The notes under the pieces: model-generated
Seen by the model: the letters and a program-made list of their open reading frames with translations, nothing else
Told to the model about the DNA's origin: nothing
The model's database searches: none
Shown here: positions 48,309-50,325 of the stretch, piece after piece
How the letters are laid out: every line of letters begins with the position of its first letter
Numbering within the stretch: the stretch's first letter is position 1
Translations under genes and position numbers: made by a program
Origin: Basidiobolus meristosporus CBS 931.73
Lineage: Eukaryota; Fungi; Basidiobolomycota
Length of the DNA stretch: 50,325 nucleotides
Reading direction: 5' to 3'
Assembly: GCA_002104905.1 (NCBI GenBank)
Contig: MCFE01000642.1
Span: 1 to 50,325 of the forward strand

Positions 48309-49079
48309 CTTGTCTTCTCTCTTCTGGCTTATTTTCGAAAGTCATCAAACAGTTCAACCCGAGCTTTTCTTAAGTATCATCCTAGAATCTAATCACATGT
48401 CACTGCTACTGATCTACTATGCAGCAGTGGAAGATGATCTGGTGCGGCTCTAACAATGTGTTGGATTGCTGAGTCGATGTTACGCGATTGCCTTTCAAGT
48501 GCTTTATCCTGCATGATTTAGTAAATACCAATTACCACTAATCGTCTATTCCACACGAGTGACCAATGCTGCTGTAAATCTTCAGAATTAGCATGCAATC
48601 TATACAGCTATTAGGCAGATGTGAGTAATTGCGGCTGCTCACTATGCGTGTTACTCCATTGATTTGTAAAACTCCCTCTATGGTTGGTGTTGAATATTAG
48701 TTTCTTAGTCCTCCTGGTTGGCGGTTATTGTATCCAAGTTAAACAGGTTATTCCTGTAATATGTATAAAATCATACAGCTCATAGTCTCAGTTGTGCAAT
48801 ATTGCAAGTGTAGCATGTGCTTTGAGTGCACCTGTAATGGGCTGTTGCAGCACTATTGAGGCTTATTTGGTTGCTTGAGCAAAGACTAAGAATTAGCCAA
48901 CCTGGGCTACTCTTTCTGGCAGCTCAACAAGTTGCTTAGGATCTAATTGTATTCAGTACGCAAGATTGCAGTATTGATCTAATACTCATAATATGCAATA
49001 CACCATTCAGAACCAGTAGGCTGTGTTAGTTGTGCAACAAAGGTTGGTAACAGTGGTATTAGTGGGATGAGCTATCTGA

Positions 49080-50325
49080 TACTATAGCTTAGCTTTTCTA
49101 GCCCATGGGTAGCTCAGTTGCCTGAAATACTAGTTCAACTATGGTCAGCAAGTTATCTTGGCCATCATTCATTTTAGTGAAGGGGAAGACAGCCATTGAC
49201 CAATAGAATCTTTCTCTCAGTTGAAATAAAGATGCCAGCACCACTGTAATAGCTCTGATATAACAGTATGTAGCTGAGAGGAACTAGTAGGTAGGTTAAT
49301 AAGAAGAAATGTTAACTCTTCTGTGCTTCAGGCATTGTTTAGTGGGAGTAAGAGTGGCTGCAATGGTTTATCAACATCATTGTTAGAGGGTACATGAATT
49401 GGACTAATACTTATCATAAGGGAAGTGTAGGGGGAGGGAGAGCCACAAGGTTGGTGAAGTCCTTATTTGCTAGTAAGAGCTAATCAAAGTGCAAACAAAG
49501 AAGCCAGTCAAGAGGTAGAGAACCTCTTTAATAAGTAATTTAATTTATATCTTGACTCATGTCTAATGGTGGTGTCAATAAAGTAAAGTTCTGGAAGCGT
49601 AAATATGAAATACAAGAGTCTTTGGGGAGTACAAATTGTAAATGTTTCATATCAATATAATCTAAGACTGGCACCCAACCTGGTATCAGGTGTAGTAGGG
49701 ATGGTGTGTGGACTTCTAGGTAACTCTGCCACATTGATCTCAGATGGTCCTGTGCTACTAACCTAAGTTTTTCAGCTTTAGGGGAGGGAAAGTCACCAAG
49801 TTGGTGAAATCTTTATTTGAGTTAAGAACTAATCTAAGTACAAATAAAGAAGCCAATTAAGAGGTCTAGAACCTCTCTAATAAGTAATCTAATTTATGTT
49901 TTGTTTCATCTCTAATGTTTATTTCAACAAAGTAAAGCTCATCAGGGGTAAATATAAAATTCAAGGGTTTTGGGGAAGTACAAATTGTAGATGTTTCTGA
50001 TCAATGTAATCCAAGACTGGAACCCAGCCTGGGATTAGGTGCAGTAGGAAAGGTGTGTGGACTTGTAAGTAGCTCTGCCACATAGATCTTAGATGGTCCT
50101 GAGCCAGTAGTCTTGGTTTCTCAGCTTTTTGAAGTTTTGAAGCAAGCTCTGTTACTACGGCAGAGCCAACCTGGGTGTGCCAGCAAGAAGATTTCAGGGA
50201 GGAGTTAGATTGAAGCCATTGTTTGATGGAGGGATTATGTGATTTCTGAAGTTTGACTAGGAAGGAAGCACGGAGATAGACCATTTGGATTTGGTATGGG
50301 TAGAACCCAAAGGCTCCATTAGTTG
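49080..50325 (-). mobile_element. Degenerate non-LTR retrotransposon (LINE) ORF2 C-terminal region, running off the window end
   Basis: NGAFGFYPYQIQMVYLRASFLVKL resembles the post-RT GGLG...AL..W..KL segment. A decayed zf-RVT-like SCTL*...TI lies near 49360-49410. Strong CpG depletion. Confidence 0.5.
49430..50130. repeat. Diverged tandem duplication of about 350 bp inside the LINE relic
   Basis: 49430-49780 and 49781-50130 align (aagttggtgaa...gaacctct.taataagtaat...gtacaaattgta.atgttt...ggtgtgtggactt...agatggtcctg). Confidence 0.85.

Noticed and set aside
40400-50325. Starship-like or other giant cargo transposon carrying the methyltransferases
   Set aside because: No tyrosine-recombinase captain, transposase or terminal repeats/TSD enclosing the island are visible in this window.

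Overview
Eukaryotic (fungal) genomic DNA with short 50-75 nt GT-AG introns. Gene content and intron style suggest an early-diverging fungus (Basidiobolus-like; inference only). A gene-dense core (~3.1-40.4 kb) carries MPP-alpha, mitochondrial Lon, a TauD dioxygenase, a multi-OB-fold protein, an FAH-family pseudogene, a DH-PH RhoGEF, an Argonaute, Rai1/DXO, an orphan membrane protein, a small bacterial-type protein, a Mn-type CDF transporter, a thioredoxin-fold protein, ZPR1, a Dabb protein, a HAD phosphatase and a CaM kinase. It is flanked by CpG-depleted transposon debris (Ty1/copia LTRs and nested elements, a LINE relic). Two things stand out. (1) Five near-identical copies of a secreted, Met-rich protein with a Tyr/Arg/Lys/Cys-rich tail that I do not recognise: two on + and three on -, facing each other across four unrelated genes, with mosaic sequence and variable in-frame Met microsatellites. 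(2) A small methyltransferase island inside the TE zone: an intronless fusion of a bacterial-type LCM/Rv0731c-like O-methyltransferase with an EgtD-like N-methyltransferase whose pocket appears altered, converging on a SABATH methyltransferase. All family calls are motif recognition from memory; no searches were run, and exon boundaries of multi-exon genes were only partly resolved.
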